A program made the translations under genes and the position numbers. Under the pieces are notes generated by a model that searched no databases, was not told the origin of the DNA, and saw only the letters and a list, made by a program, of their open reading frames with translations. From Cyanobacteria bacterium REEB67 (GTDB lineage: Bacteria; Cyanobacteriota; Vampirovibrionia; Obscuribacterales; Obscuribacteraceae), in contig JAGXAB010000022.1 of the NCBI GenBank assembly GCA_018971775.1, positions 5,505-69,504 of the forward strand: a stretch of 64,000 nt of DNA, read 5' to 3'. Positions 41,526 through 52,571 of the stretch are shown in pieces (the first letter of the stretch is position 1; the number at the start of each line of letters is the position of its first letter).

Positions 41526-44312
41526 TCAGCGCTGATCGCGGACAAAGGCGATATGCACATTGCCGAGCGCGTGCGCTACTTTTTGTCTGATCCGTCTATC
41601 GATTTGCTGACCGGCATCGCCGTGCTGAAAATAGATCGTATGTAGATTTTGCAAAGCACTGAGGGCGGTGAGCTCTTCAAACTGTATTTTGGTATTGGCC
41701 AGATTCAACGTTTTTAGCGCTGTGGCGCGGCAAATTTCAGGCAGGGCCGCCCCGCTTATTTTTGTATCGCGTAAGCTGAGCTCCTGCAAGTCCTGAAAAT
41801 AGTGCAGATTGCTGACAAAGCGATCGTCGAGCGGACAACCAGCTAGTTTCAATTCACGCAGGCGGCGGTTATTGCGCAGGTATCTCAGTCCTTCGCCATC
41901 GATCTGGCAGCCGTCTAAGTGCAACACTCTCAAGGCCCGCAGATTTTCCAAGCCGGCCAGGCCTTTATCCTCAATTTGCGTAAGAGATAAGCGCAGGCGC
42001 TCCATCTTTTGCAGGCGACCGATAACATTGAGGCCATCGCTTGTCACTCTCGTACCGGCCAGATTGAGATGGCGTAACCCTGTCAGGGCGCGCAAAACAG
42101 CCAGACCACGGTCGCGTATGCCGCGCACATTTTCTAAATCGAGGGTGTGCAGATGCACGAGATTGGCGATGGTGGCAAGAGCCTGATCGGTTATTTTTGT
42201 ATTGCCGAGGTTGAGGCTGTGCAATTTCTGAAAGTTGCTGATATAGACCATGGCATGATCAGAAATGTCTGTGTGAGCCAGATTGAGACTTTTCAGGGCG
42301 GCAAAATTGCGGATGTGGTGCAGGCCGTGGTCGCTTATTGTCGAGCCGTCTAGATTTAGATCATCGAGTAAAATCAATTTGCTTATCCTGGCCAGACCAG
42401 CGTCGCTTATCTTGCCGAGGCGTAAATGCCGCAGTCTGAGCAGATTTTCGACCGCGCTTAAATGCTCGTCGCTTAGACTTTCGGGAAAATCGATATGTCT
42501 CAGCTCGGGCAATTTTGATAGATGGAAGAGGGCGCGATTGTCGCAGGCGCTGGCGCTGATGTTTAGATATCGCAAATCGTGCAAGGTCGAGAGCGAGGCT
42601 AAGGCGGCATTGGTGGCCCGCGTCAAAGAGACGTCCACTTCTTTCAGTCGATGCAGGCGACCGACTTTGGCGATTGTTTTAGCCGCTACCTTTTGACAGC
42701 CTTTTAAATGTATCGTCTCCAGATTGTAGAGTGAAGTAAGTCCGGTCAAGCCATCATCGGCGATACCACTATTATTCAGGTCGAGGACGCGCAATCTTGG
42801 CAGATCGCCGAGCTCGACTTCTTCGCTCGTCGTGCGCAGTGAGAGCTCTTCCAGCAGGGGTAGCGAGGGGATGAAGAGGCCGTGGCTGCTTGGACCATCG
42901 ACGACAGCAAGAGTCAGTTGGCGCAGTGAGGTTAGATGAGCGAGGCCTGGCAGTTCACTGCCGGCGCTCTCCACTAAACGTAAAGACAACTCTTCTAAGG
43001 CGGGCAGGCTTTCGAGGTGCTGGAAGACCTTGCTGCTCAAATGATCGCAACGCACGACGAGTCGCTTTAGATGGGCAAGATTGTGGATTTCTACCAGGCC
43101 TGCGTCGCTGATCGCGTCGAGGCGCAGCACAAGAGTTGTCAGTCTGCTGAAATATTTGAGGGTTGCCAGTCCACGATTGGAAACCGGGGCAAAAGCCAGA
43201 TAAAGCTCCTCGACCTTGTTTTCTGCCTGCAAAGTCGAGAGTACATCATCGTTAATCCCGGGACCTTCCAGGATAAGTTTGATCACTTCGCCGCCGCTCA
43301 AGATCGCTCCCAGATCGACATCCTCGAAACTACAGTGGGAGAGGCGCAATTCTTTGAGAGCAGGCATGGCGAGTAGCGCTTGCAGCGAATCTTTCTTTAA
43401 ATGACAGGCAGTAAACTCCAGGCTGCGCAGATTAATCAGCTCGTTCAATTGTTCGAGGGCGCCGGCTTCGATCACGGTTTTGGCAAAACGCAATTCACGC
43501 AGACCGGAGAGTTTGTTTATCGCCTGCAGATCGAGATCGAGCAATTCCTTGAAACAATAATCGAGAGATTGCAGATCATCGGGCTTGAGACGCTGGCAAT
43601 CGCGGAAGGCTTTTCGATCGAGGATCTCCAGACGAGCAAAGGCCCGCCTTGGTATTTCCACCGAGCCTATGACATCGCCTTGCTCCTGAAAAGTACGTTT
43701 GCCCGCTTGCAGCATTTTTGACAACCACAGTCGGCCGGGAGATGCTTCGTGATTGAAGACGATTGTGCGTCTGGTATGGACGACTATGTGGCAATTAGTC
43801 AGTTCGGCGTTGAGAGCGGCGGCGCCATTTTCGCTGACCAGAGTGCCGTCGATGTAGAGTTTGCGAAGGTTGCTCAGGCCGGCAAGATTAAACAGGCCGG
43901 CATCGCTGACGTGACTGCCGCTCAGGTCGAGGGTGTGCAGATTGAGAAGACCGCCCAGGTGATAGATGCCTGAATCGCTGATGGCATTGTCGCTCAAAAC
44001 AAGATAGCGCAGGGCGCTGAAATGTTTGATTGCTTCTAAATCAGAGTCTTTTGTCTCAAATTGACGCAAATCGATTGACTGGAGGGCATCCGGCGCCAGG
44101 TTGCGCAGGAAATAAATGTCGGCGCGGGGGGCCACGAGCAGATGCAGGTTGGCAAAAGCCGGCACTTCGACCATGCCGCGGGCCTGGGCATATTTGCTCT
44201 CCCACCAGCCCTCTTCCGAGCCGGTTTTTTCCAGCAGGTACAAAGTCCCGAGTGAATGATCCTCGGGGAAATGTATCGTCCTTGTCGTGAAGGTTTCTTC
44301 AATGTCGAGCAT
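41526..44312 (-). CDS. Large leucine-rich-repeat protein (928 aa, RNI-like LRRs)
   Basis: Dozens of 24-25-residue units of the form L..L..L.L..T.I.D.GL..L occur. The N-terminal module (R.I.F...S.G.L.L...G.VE.P...) appears twice, at about aa 10 and about aa 180. Confidence 0.8.
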   Translation of the reverse strand: MLDIEETFTTRTIHFPEDHSLGTLYLLEKTGSEEGWWESKYAQARGMVEVPAFANLHLLVAPRADIYFLRNLAPDALQSIDLRQFETKDSDLEAIKHFSALRYLVLSDNAISDSGIYHLGGLLNLHTLDLSGSHVSDAGLFNLAGLSNLRKLYIDGTLVSENGAAALNAELTNCHIVVHTRRTIVFNHEASPGRLWLSKMLQAGKRTFQEQGDVIGSVEIPRRAFARLEILDRKAFRDCQRLKPDDLQSLDYCFKELLDLDLQAINKLSGLRELRFAKTVIEAGALEQLNELINLRSLEFTACHLKKDSLQALLAMPALKELRLSHCSFEDVDLGAILSGGEVIKLILEGPGINDDVLSTLQAENKVEELYLAFAPVSNRGLATLKYFSRLTTLVLRLDAISDAGLVEIHNLAHLKRLVVRCDHLSSKVFQHLESLPALEELSLRLVESAGSELPGLAHLTSLRQLTLAVVDGPSSHGLFIPSLPLLEELSLRTTSEEVELGDLPRLRVLDLNNSGIADDGLTGLTSLYNLETIHLKGCQKVAAKTIAKVGRLHRLKEVDVSLTRATNAALASLSTLHDLRYLNISASACDNRALFHLSKLPELRHIDFPESLSDEHLSAVENLLRLRHLRLGKISDAGLARISKLILLDDLNLDGSTISDHGLHHIRNFAALKSLNLAHTDISDHAMVYISNFQKLHSLNLGNTKITDQALATIANLVHLHTLDLENVRGIRDRGLAVLRALTGLRHLNLAGTRVTSDGLNVIGRLQKMERLRLSLTQIEDKGLAGLENLRALRVLHLDGCQIDGEGLRYLRNNRRLRELKLAGCPLDDRFVSNLHYFQDLQELSLRDTKISGAALPEICRATALKTLNLANTKIQFEELTALSALQNLHTIYFQHGDAGQQIDRRIRQKVAHALGNVHIAFVRDQR

Positions 44313-44325
44313 GTGCTTTAGGATA

Positions 44326-45786
<1,461 letters not shown>

Positions 45787-46693
45787 TCTAAATGGCGTCT
45801 CTTATCAAACGTTCGTTTCTAAAAGCGCTCTAATTCAAGCGTTTATTCTATCGCCTGCTCGCTGCTATTTCACTTTCACGTTATACATATCTATGTCGGT
45901 GGCATGCATATGTCAGTGAGAATCTCCTGTCGGCGTCTTCCTGCGGAAATATTTTGAGCGCTAGTTTCGTCCAATTCCCTCTATCGAATTCAATATATAG
46001 ATAAGCGAAAATGGCTTGTCAGCAGGCTTTCCAGATGACCGTACTTTAATGACCGCTTATATGCCCCTGACATGCTTCTGAAATGCCATTGCGCTGCAAA
46101 TGACTACTTTTGTTTGAAATGTCGACTTTCATGTCACATTGGCGACGCTCCTGGCGCCCCATCGTCAGTGGCTCTAGCCTTGCATCCTCTTGGCGGCGGC
46201 TCGAATCGGTCTTCGATTAGCAATGTCCGCAAAAATTGGATTGATCCGAAAATCCGCTCGTTTGCATTGAGCCGTCGGCAGCTCGGGGTGCATTACAAGC
46301 GAGAGCCTATGCGGGTTTCTATACGGGCGAATAGTAGGTTGAATTTGATGCATTTTGTGTGACAAATCAGAAGAATTTATCTTGACGCATCTGCGAGGAT
46401 CGATAGTGGGCATTGTCAAGCTGTTGATGCCATCTGGGTTTCAGAGATCGTATATAGCAAGCTTATCTAACATGCATTCGTCGTGCAGTATTGCAAAGTT
46501 AGTGAGACGGGGCTTATGATGATTGACATAGAAACGCAATTGAATCACCAAGCGACATCGCATCAGCTTCCGCCTCTGGCCTGGCTGTTCTGCCTTTTCG
46601 CTCAGGTGTAAATAAAAGGGAAGCTAAAGGCTCACTCCCTGAAGAGTGGCTCGTCTTCGCCTCCTGCTTGTGATTGCGCAACTACATTTAAAT

Positions 46694-46707
46694 CACACAC
46701 ACACACA
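46694..46707. repeat. (CA)7 dinucleotide microsatellite
   Basis: cacacacacacaca lies 90 nt upstream of the ATG at 46797. Confidence 0.9.
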
Positions 46708-46796
46708 TCAGTAGCCGAGCTAAGCATAATCACCACCCGTGGCCGTTGAAGCGGTCGGTTGTGATGTGCCACCGTCGGTAATACTAGGAGGTCATT

Positions 46797-47144
46797 ATGA
46801 GAAACGCCGCCGATATTCTTGAAAGAGCGGAAGTGCTTGAAGAGAAAGGTAACTATGCCGAGGCGGAGAGACTTTATAAAAAGGCTCTGGCTCTCAAATC
46901 CAAAGATGTTGCGAGCAATTCTTCCGAGCTCGTGCCTTACATCTACAACCTTGCTATGGCTCAATATGTTGTTGATCATCTCGATGATGCCCTGCTTTCC
47001 TTCAATCGTCTTCTCTCCATCTTGAGCACCGACGAAGAGCACATCAGCGGCGAGATTAAAGAAATCAGAGGCCTGATCGCCGATATCAAAAAAGAAATGG
47101 AAGAGGGCAACGCTGCCGATCTGCCCATGGCTGCCGGCGCTTAG
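46797..47144 (+). CDS. Small TPR-like protein, 115 aa
   Basis: There is a strong SD (taggagg) 5 nt upstream of the ATG. EKGNYAEAERLYKKALALK and DDALLSFNRLLSIL resemble TPR helices. Confidence 0.5.
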   Translation: MRNAADILERAEVLEEKGNYAEAERLYKKALALKSKDVASNSSELVPYIYNLAMAQYVVDHLDDALLSFNRLLSILSTDEEHISGEIKEIRGLIADIKKEMEEGNAADLPMAAGA

Positions 47145-47164
47145 AGCCTCGGCGAGCCCTGACC

Positions 47165-47185
47165 GGGGGACTGCAAAAGTCCCCC
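47165..47185. terminator. GC-rich hairpin between convergent genes
   Basis: gggggact-gcaaa-agtccccc forms an 8-bp perfect stem. The flanking T tracts are poor, so its function as a terminator is tentative. Confidence 0.4.
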
Positions 47186-47207
47186 TTGATTGTCGGGGTA
47201 ATCGTTT

Positions 47208-47900
47208 TCAGAGCAGCTTGTCGGGAGCCTTCCCGGCCATGAATAGCAAGCGTTGTTCCTGGTTGGCAAGATTGATCATATACTCGATCCAGTCCTGACC
47301 GTTTTGATCGAGCACAGCTACTTTTAGCTTCTCCTCGGTCATTGCATCGCCGGCGGCTTGGGCAATAGTACCGTGCAAAGCGGCATCGCTGCCGGCACTT
47401 GCATCGACATCATCAGCATCTGGATATTCCCAGGTAATCTGGGCACCCTGCTCGTTTGTAAAACCTTCATCCTCGAGATGGACGATGCCGCGCAAGATAT
47501 CGCGCATGTTAGTCCAGACTTCGTTGAAAAGTTCCCATCCAGCTTCTGTTTTTACGGCTGGCATTGGTCTGAATTCATAGAGTACTTTTACTTTGCTCAT
47601 GAACTGGCAGAGCCATTTGACGGCCGAGGCCGGTTTGACGGGCTTTTTGTCGTCGAGCAGCAGGCGTACCGTATCCTGGATCGCTGCTGTGAAGTTCTCC
47701 TCTTCAAAGCCATACTTTTCGATTTCGATCACGGGCTCGCCGTCATCGAGGAATAGCGTCAATGTCGACCAGCAGCCGGGGAAATTATCTTCCCCCTCGC
47801 CCTCTTCGCTTTCGATTTCGCAGTCGATCATCGCCTTCTGTAGCCAACCGGCTACTTTATCGACCGAGATCGGCTCGTCAATTAGTCCAAAAAATCGCAT
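47208..47900 (-). CDS. Hypothetical acidic protein, 230 aa
   Basis: The ORF starts with ATG. I recognised no motifs. It lies on the same strand 48 nt downstream of the 213-aa ORF. Confidence 0.45.
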   Translation of the reverse strand: MRFFGLIDEPISVDKVAGWLQKAMIDCEIESEEGEGEDNFPGCWSTLTLFLDDGEPVIEIEKYGFEEENFTAAIQDTVRLLLDDKKPVKPASAVKWLCQFMSKVKVLYEFRPMPAVKTEAGWELFNEVWTNMRDILRGIVHLEDEGFTNEQGAQITWEYPDADDVDASAGSDAALHGTIAQAAGDAMTEEKLKVAVLDQNGQDWIEYMINLANQEQRLLFMAGKAPDKLL

Positions 47901-47948
47901 TCGTGAAATCGCAAATAAAAATTACTTGTGTCAGCCTGAAAAATTAGT

Positions 47949-48590
47949 CTAACCCACTTCTTCTCTGGTTTTGTCGAGAAGGTGTTCGAGAGCAAGCAAA
48001 CTATACCTTTCCAAACGATCGGTGCTCAAGGGTTTGCCTTCCACGGACCAGCTCAAACCGGCCAGGGACGGCTCGCTTTCGAAGACCATCAGCGCTCCGA
48101 CTTCAGCTTCGGCCCGGTAAAGGCCCATGACTCGATCGCTTTGCATGAGGAAAAACTCCACTTTCGGGCCGATGCCCCGCACGACCAGGCTCAGTTTGCT
48201 TGTTGAAAATCGGGTCCGGTAGACGATTAAACTCTTGATTGGCTGCCGGGCGCGGTCAAATTCCAGTACTTCCTGCGAACGGCTGGGCGCCGTCGTCGTC
48301 ACGAGCAAATCTCTGACTCGACTGATTTTATTCAATTCGAGCACGTAGGCTTCGAGAACGGCAAAGACCCGATCGACTATTACCTTGGTATCTTTTTCGA
48401 TATTTGCTGCTTTTTTCTGGCTTTCTCGTTTTTGTTGCAGCTCGTCTGCCCAGGTAATCGATTTTTGGGCCAGATAATCGAGATAATCAGTACGTACCGG
48501 TTGAGTGCTCAGGCGATAATTGTCGATAATGCGCTGACTGAGATCGTAACCTTCGGGCACGGTCTGAGAGCTATCGTTTTTAGATCGCAT
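47949..48590 (-). CDS. Hypothetical protein, 213 aa
   Basis: The ORF starts with ATG. I recognised no motifs and no signal peptide. Confidence 0.45.
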   Translation of the reverse strand: MRSKNDSSQTVPEGYDLSQRIIDNYRLSTQPVRTDYLDYLAQKSITWADELQQKRESQKKAANIEKDTKVIVDRVFAVLEAYVLELNKISRVRDLLVTTTAPSRSQEVLEFDRARQPIKSLIVYRTRFSTSKLSLVVRGIGPKVEFFLMQSDRVMGLYRAEAEVGALMVFESEPSLAGLSWSVEGKPLSTDRLERYSLLALEHLLDKTREEVG

Positions 48591-48807
48591 CGGAGCCCCT
48601 CGAAATCAACGTCTTGGTCCTGGATGAGAATCCTGGATGACAATGTCCTCTATGTCAGAGCGAAATAAAACACTATTCTGCCTGACAACATATAGAATAG
48701 CCACTGGCGCGGTATTCGCGTAGTTAAATAATAATTAGAGTCAGCTCGATTGCCGATATACCTACTTGCGGACATCTATCTGTAATTTAGCAACAGGAAA
48801 AGAAGAG

Positions 48808-50055
48808 ATGAAAATACCGGATGCCCTGCACCTTTCACCTGTGGTCGAAGCGTCAGTCGATGAACAATTCAGGCGAAGCAGCACTTCTATATATCTCAAT
48901 AGCGGCTGTTGCGGGCGCAAGCCAGTCGCCGTGCTCGCTGCGATCAGTCGGGCTCACGAGCGTCTCAATAATAATCCCTGTCATTTGACCTTCAATGATC
49001 AAAGCCCAATCGAACAGTGTCGCGCCGCTCTTGCGCGCTTGCTGGCCGTCGATGCCGCCAATCTCTTCCTGGCCCTGAGCACGACCAATGCGCTGCAGAT
49101 TTTGATGCAGAGCTTTTTACTCGAGCGGGGCGATGAATTTATCATGAGCGGCCAGGAGCACGGCAGCATGCGCACGATTGCGCGCTATTTGAGCGAGAGT
49201 CGCGGCATTGTCGTAAAAGTGGCTGCCATAGATGGCGAGGCCGATCCGCAAAATGTCGAGCGGTCAGCTGCATCGACTGCACTGTGCCAGAGGCTGCTTG
49301 CCCTGGTCACGCCCCGGACAAAACTTGTGGCGGTAAGTGAAATAATCTCCTATACAGGCTTCCGCCCCGATTATTCTATCCTGCGTGAGGGACTCGCTTT
49401 GCAGGCCATCCCGCTTCTCGCCGACTGCGCGCACGGTCCGGGGCAAATAAACTGCCGACCGGACTCTTTCCCGCTCTGGATCGGTTCCGGCCATAAGTGG
49501 TTAGGTGGACCGAATGGCACTGCTTTTGCTTATGTAAGCGCAGAATTTGTTGAAAAAATCAGGCCGCTCTCGCTTTCCGATACTTACTACGATAAATTAG
49601 TCCTCAACGCCGCCGACCTCAGTCGTCTGGAAGGCACTGGTACTGCCGATGGTGCTCGCTGGTGCGGTCTGAGCGCCGCCATAGATCTCCATCTGCAGGT
49701 GCGTCAAGAAGCAATACCCTATCAATTCGCTCTTGCCTCGTATTTGCGCAATCGTTTGCAAGAACAATTTGAGCCTGTTTTTCGCTTGAAATACAAAGGA
49801 GATTGCGACTCTGATCAGGCACCTTCTGGCAGCGAGCAGGAATGTACCAGCATCGTCAATCTTCGCTTCGGGCAAGATCGACTGACCGTAGCAAATTTAC
49901 AAGACTATTTATGGCAGGAAGAAAAAATCGCTGTCCAACTCGATTATTTAAGCACCTCGCCCGGTCTCGGAATGCGTGTCTCGTGCCACGTCTCCAATAC
50001 GGTTAGTGATGTTGATCGTCTACTTGCCGCCCTGGCAAAAGTTGTTATCAAGTAG
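48808..50055 (+). CDS. Class V aminotransferase-fold PLP enzyme (cysteine desulfurase / epimerase-like)
   Basis: GSGHKWLGGPNGTAFAYV is the PLP-lysine motif, and the fold-type I length fits. I prefer the ATG at 48808 to the ORF-track start at 48766. Confidence 0.7.
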   Translation: MKIPDALHLSPVVEASVDEQFRRSSTSIYLNSGCCGRKPVAVLAAISRAHERLNNNPCHLTFNDQSPIEQCRAALARLLAVDAANLFLALSTTNALQILMQSFLLERGDEFIMSGQEHGSMRTIARYLSESRGIVVKVAAIDGEADPQNVERSAASTALCQRLLALVTPRTKLVAVSEIISYTGFRPDYSILREGLALQAIPLLADCAHGPGQINCRPDSFPLWIGSGHKWLGGPNGTAFAYVSAEFVEKIRPLSLSDTYYDKLVLNAADLSRLEGTGTADGARWCGLSAAIDLHLQVRQEAIPYQFALASYLRNRLQEQFEPVFRLKYKGDCDSDQAPSGSEQECTSIVNLRFGQDRLTVANLQDYLWQEEKIAVQLDYLSTSPGLGMRVSCHVSNTVSDVDRLLAALAKVVIK

Positions 50056-50140
50056 ACTCGAGTGCAGCTCTCGGTTTTGCAATTTAGCTCTCTTAGCGCC
50101 CTTTGTCATAAAATAGAGCGACGCACTTGGGAGAGTAACG

Positions 50141-52465
50141 ATGAAACTAGCAAAATCTCTGGCACTATCAGCGGTGGTGGCCTGTTGCCTCACTACTCAA
50201 CCGGCTCGCTCGAGCGATTTTGTCAAAAATTTGCTCCAGCAATTTAGCGGCACCGTCACCAATTGGGATGACCTCGATAGTCGGCGCGCTTCCGTCGAAG
50301 GGCAGATTCGCCAATCTGTGCGCAGCGGCGAGCTGACCATCACCGACGCCGATCAATTGCGTACGCAACTGGCTCCGATCGCCGATGCTGTAGTGCAGGG
50401 ACGCGCTTCCGGCAAAGCGCTGACCTTCAGCCAGGGACTGCTCTTTTCTCAGAAGCTCAACAGTGTCACCGCCGCTCTGCAACAGGCCATCGCCGCCAAG
50501 CAAAGCAGTTTGCCCGATATCGATGCTCTGCAGACCGAGCTTTCGCAAAATATAGACCAGGCTCTCAATACCAATCAATTGACCGCAGATGATGCCGCCA
50601 GATTGAAGGATCAATTGCGCACCACCCAAGACATCGAAACAACCATTAAGAGTTCGGGTGACGGCTCTTTGAGTCCAAAGCAAATCGAGACTATTTCCGG
50701 TCGCTTGAGCGATATCAAAACACAGCTTGTCCAGGCAATCAAAATGGGCCAATCAGCTTTGCCTGAGCTGAATAGCCGCGCTGCGGCCATCCAGCATCGC
50801 ATCGGCGCCGCTATGAATGCCGGTCAGATTGGCCGCGATCAGGCTGCTGCTCTCAGTGGTGAACTGGCTCGCTCAGCCCAACGTCGCGATACTTACGCCA
50901 ATGGCGGCGCTAATCTCAATGGCCGACAAATCCTGGAACTGGCTGGCGATCTCGACCGGACTGAAGCCAAACTCGATGCCGCCATCAATGCGGCCAGAGC
51001 CGCCAGTCAATTGCCTCCGACTCAGCCTGTGCAAACGCAGGTAAATGTGCCGGCAGCCTCGGCGCCTATCTATAGTGATACCGATAATAGTGCCTACAAT
51101 GGTCCGGACAACGCCGTCAAATATAAGGACGTCACCGGATATTGGGGTGAGCCTTATGTGTCGACCCTGGCTGCGCGGGGCATTCTTGGCGGTTTCCCTG
51201 ACGGTACTTTCCATCCAAACGACAATATCACCCGGGCTCAGTTTGCCGCCATCGCCGTCAAAGCTCTGAATGTGCCGCCTAATACCGGTGTCTCCAGCTT
51301 TAACGACGTGCCGGCCAAATACTGGGCTGCTCCTGCTATCGGCGCAGTGAGCAATGCCGGCCTGGTGACGGGATTTCCCGACAGCACATTTAAGCCAGAA
51401 GACAAACTGACCCGCGCTCAGGCGCTAGTGATCCTGGCCAAGGCTCTCGGCAATGTCAGCGCAGACGCCCGCGACCTCTCCAATTATAGCGACGCATCGA
51501 CTGTACCCTCATGGGCGCTCCCCAGCGTCAGCAGAGCGGCCAGCGCTCATATTATCGCCAACTTCCCCGATGCGGCCACTATCGCTCCCAATGCGCTTGC
51601 CACCAGGGGTGAAGTCGCCGCTTTGATGTATCAAACTCTGCTTGCTCTGCATAAGCCCTTGCCGCGTATCACTATAGGTCTGCTGCCGCAATATGCCGGA
51701 GCCCAGGTGCTTGTGCCTGGGCAATCTTCCCAACCCGCTCAAGCCTCTGTCCCGGCAGTGGAAACTCTTCACCTCGACAATGTCGAGGTCAGTCCGGCCG
51801 GTAAATTAGCGGCCGGCGATGTATTGACCGTTCGAGCTTTCGGCTCGGCCAATGCCGTCGCCAATTTCTCTATTCGCGAAGGCGTCCAGCAAGTGCCTAT
51901 GGACGAGCGACGCGATGGGGTCTATGAAGGCTCCTATACGGTGCGCAAGAGCGATAACATTGGACGCACCAGGGTTGTCGTTTCACTGGCCAAGGACGGT
52001 GTGCCGCCGGCCTCTAGGCAGAGCCGCAGCGAACTGATGATCGATGCTTTACCGCCCGAAATACTTGTTGAGCCAAGGGCCAATTCGACCGCTGATTCCG
52101 CGCAGCCGAATATTGTCGTCAAATTTAGCGATGGTCATGGCAGCGGTGTGGATGTGACAAGCGTTCATTTGCTCGTGAACGGTCAAGACGTGACGGCTCA
52201 GGCGATTGTCGACGGCGGCATGATTGCGTACAAGCCGACTCAGCCTATGATCGGCTCAATTTCCGCCGGCATCAAAGTCGCCGATAAGTGCGGCAACGCC
52301 GTCGACTACAACTGGACCTTCCGCATACCTGGACCGGGCGCGGGCAATCTTCCCGGCCCCGCCGGCGGTGCCTTTAATCAGGGCGGCGGTAATGCCAATT
52401 TTGATCCGAACCGCAATTGGCATAGAGACAATTTCGGCGGCAATCGAGATGGCGGAAATAATTAG
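50141..52465 (+). CDS. Secreted envelope protein with a repetitive helical N-terminal region, three SLH domains and an Ig-like C-terminal region
   Basis: The signal peptide is MKLAKSLALSAVVACCLTTQPARS. Three SLH-like units are present: YKDVTGYWGEPYVSTLAARGILGGFPDGTFHPNDNITRAQFA, FNDVPAKYWAAPAIGAVSNAGLVTGFPDSTFKPEDKLTRAQAL and YSDASTVPSWALPSVSRAASAHIIANFPD...ATRGEVA. Confidence 0.8.
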   Translation: MKLAKSLALSAVVACCLTTQPARSSDFVKNLLQQFSGTVTNWDDLDSRRASVEGQIRQSVRSGELTITDADQLRTQLAPIADAVVQGRASGKALTFSQGLLFSQKLNSVTAALQQAIAAKQSSLPDIDALQTELSQNIDQALNTNQLTADDAARLKDQLRTTQDIETTIKSSGDGSLSPKQIETISGRLSDIKTQLVQAIKMGQSALPELNSRAAAIQHRIGAAMNAGQIGRDQAAALSGELARSAQRRDTYANGGANLNGRQILELAGDLDRTEAKLDAAINAARAASQLPPTQPVQTQVNVPAASAPIYSDTDNSAYNGPDNAVKYKDVTGYWGEPYVSTLAARGILGGFPDGTFHPNDNITRAQFAAIAVKALNVPPNTGVSSFNDVPAKYWAAPAIGAVSNAGLVTGFPDSTFKPEDKLTRAQALVILAKALGNVSADARDLSNYSDASTVPSWALPSVSRAASAHIIANFPDAATIAPNALATRGEVAALMYQTLLALHKPLPRITIGLLPQYAGAQVLVPGQSSQPAQASVPAVETLHLDNVEVSPAGKLAAGDVLTVRAFGSANAVANFSIREGVQQVPMDERRDGVYEGSYTVRKSDNIGRTRVVVSLAKDGVPPASRQSRSELMIDALPPEILVEPRANSTADSAQPNIVVKFSDGHGSGVDVTSVHLLVNGQDVTAQAIVDGGMIAYKPTQPMIGSISAGIKVADKCGNAVDYNWTFRIPGPGAGNLPGPAGGAFNQGGGNANFDPNRNWHRDNFGGNRDGGNN

Positions 52466-52571
52466 AAAGAGCGCGTCGATTATTTGCGTCATAGCTGAGC
52501 GCTTGCTTGGCGTCCCCGAGGGCATAGGCTTCGCCGGATGATGCCAGGCCGATCGCGGTGGCGCAATTCGC

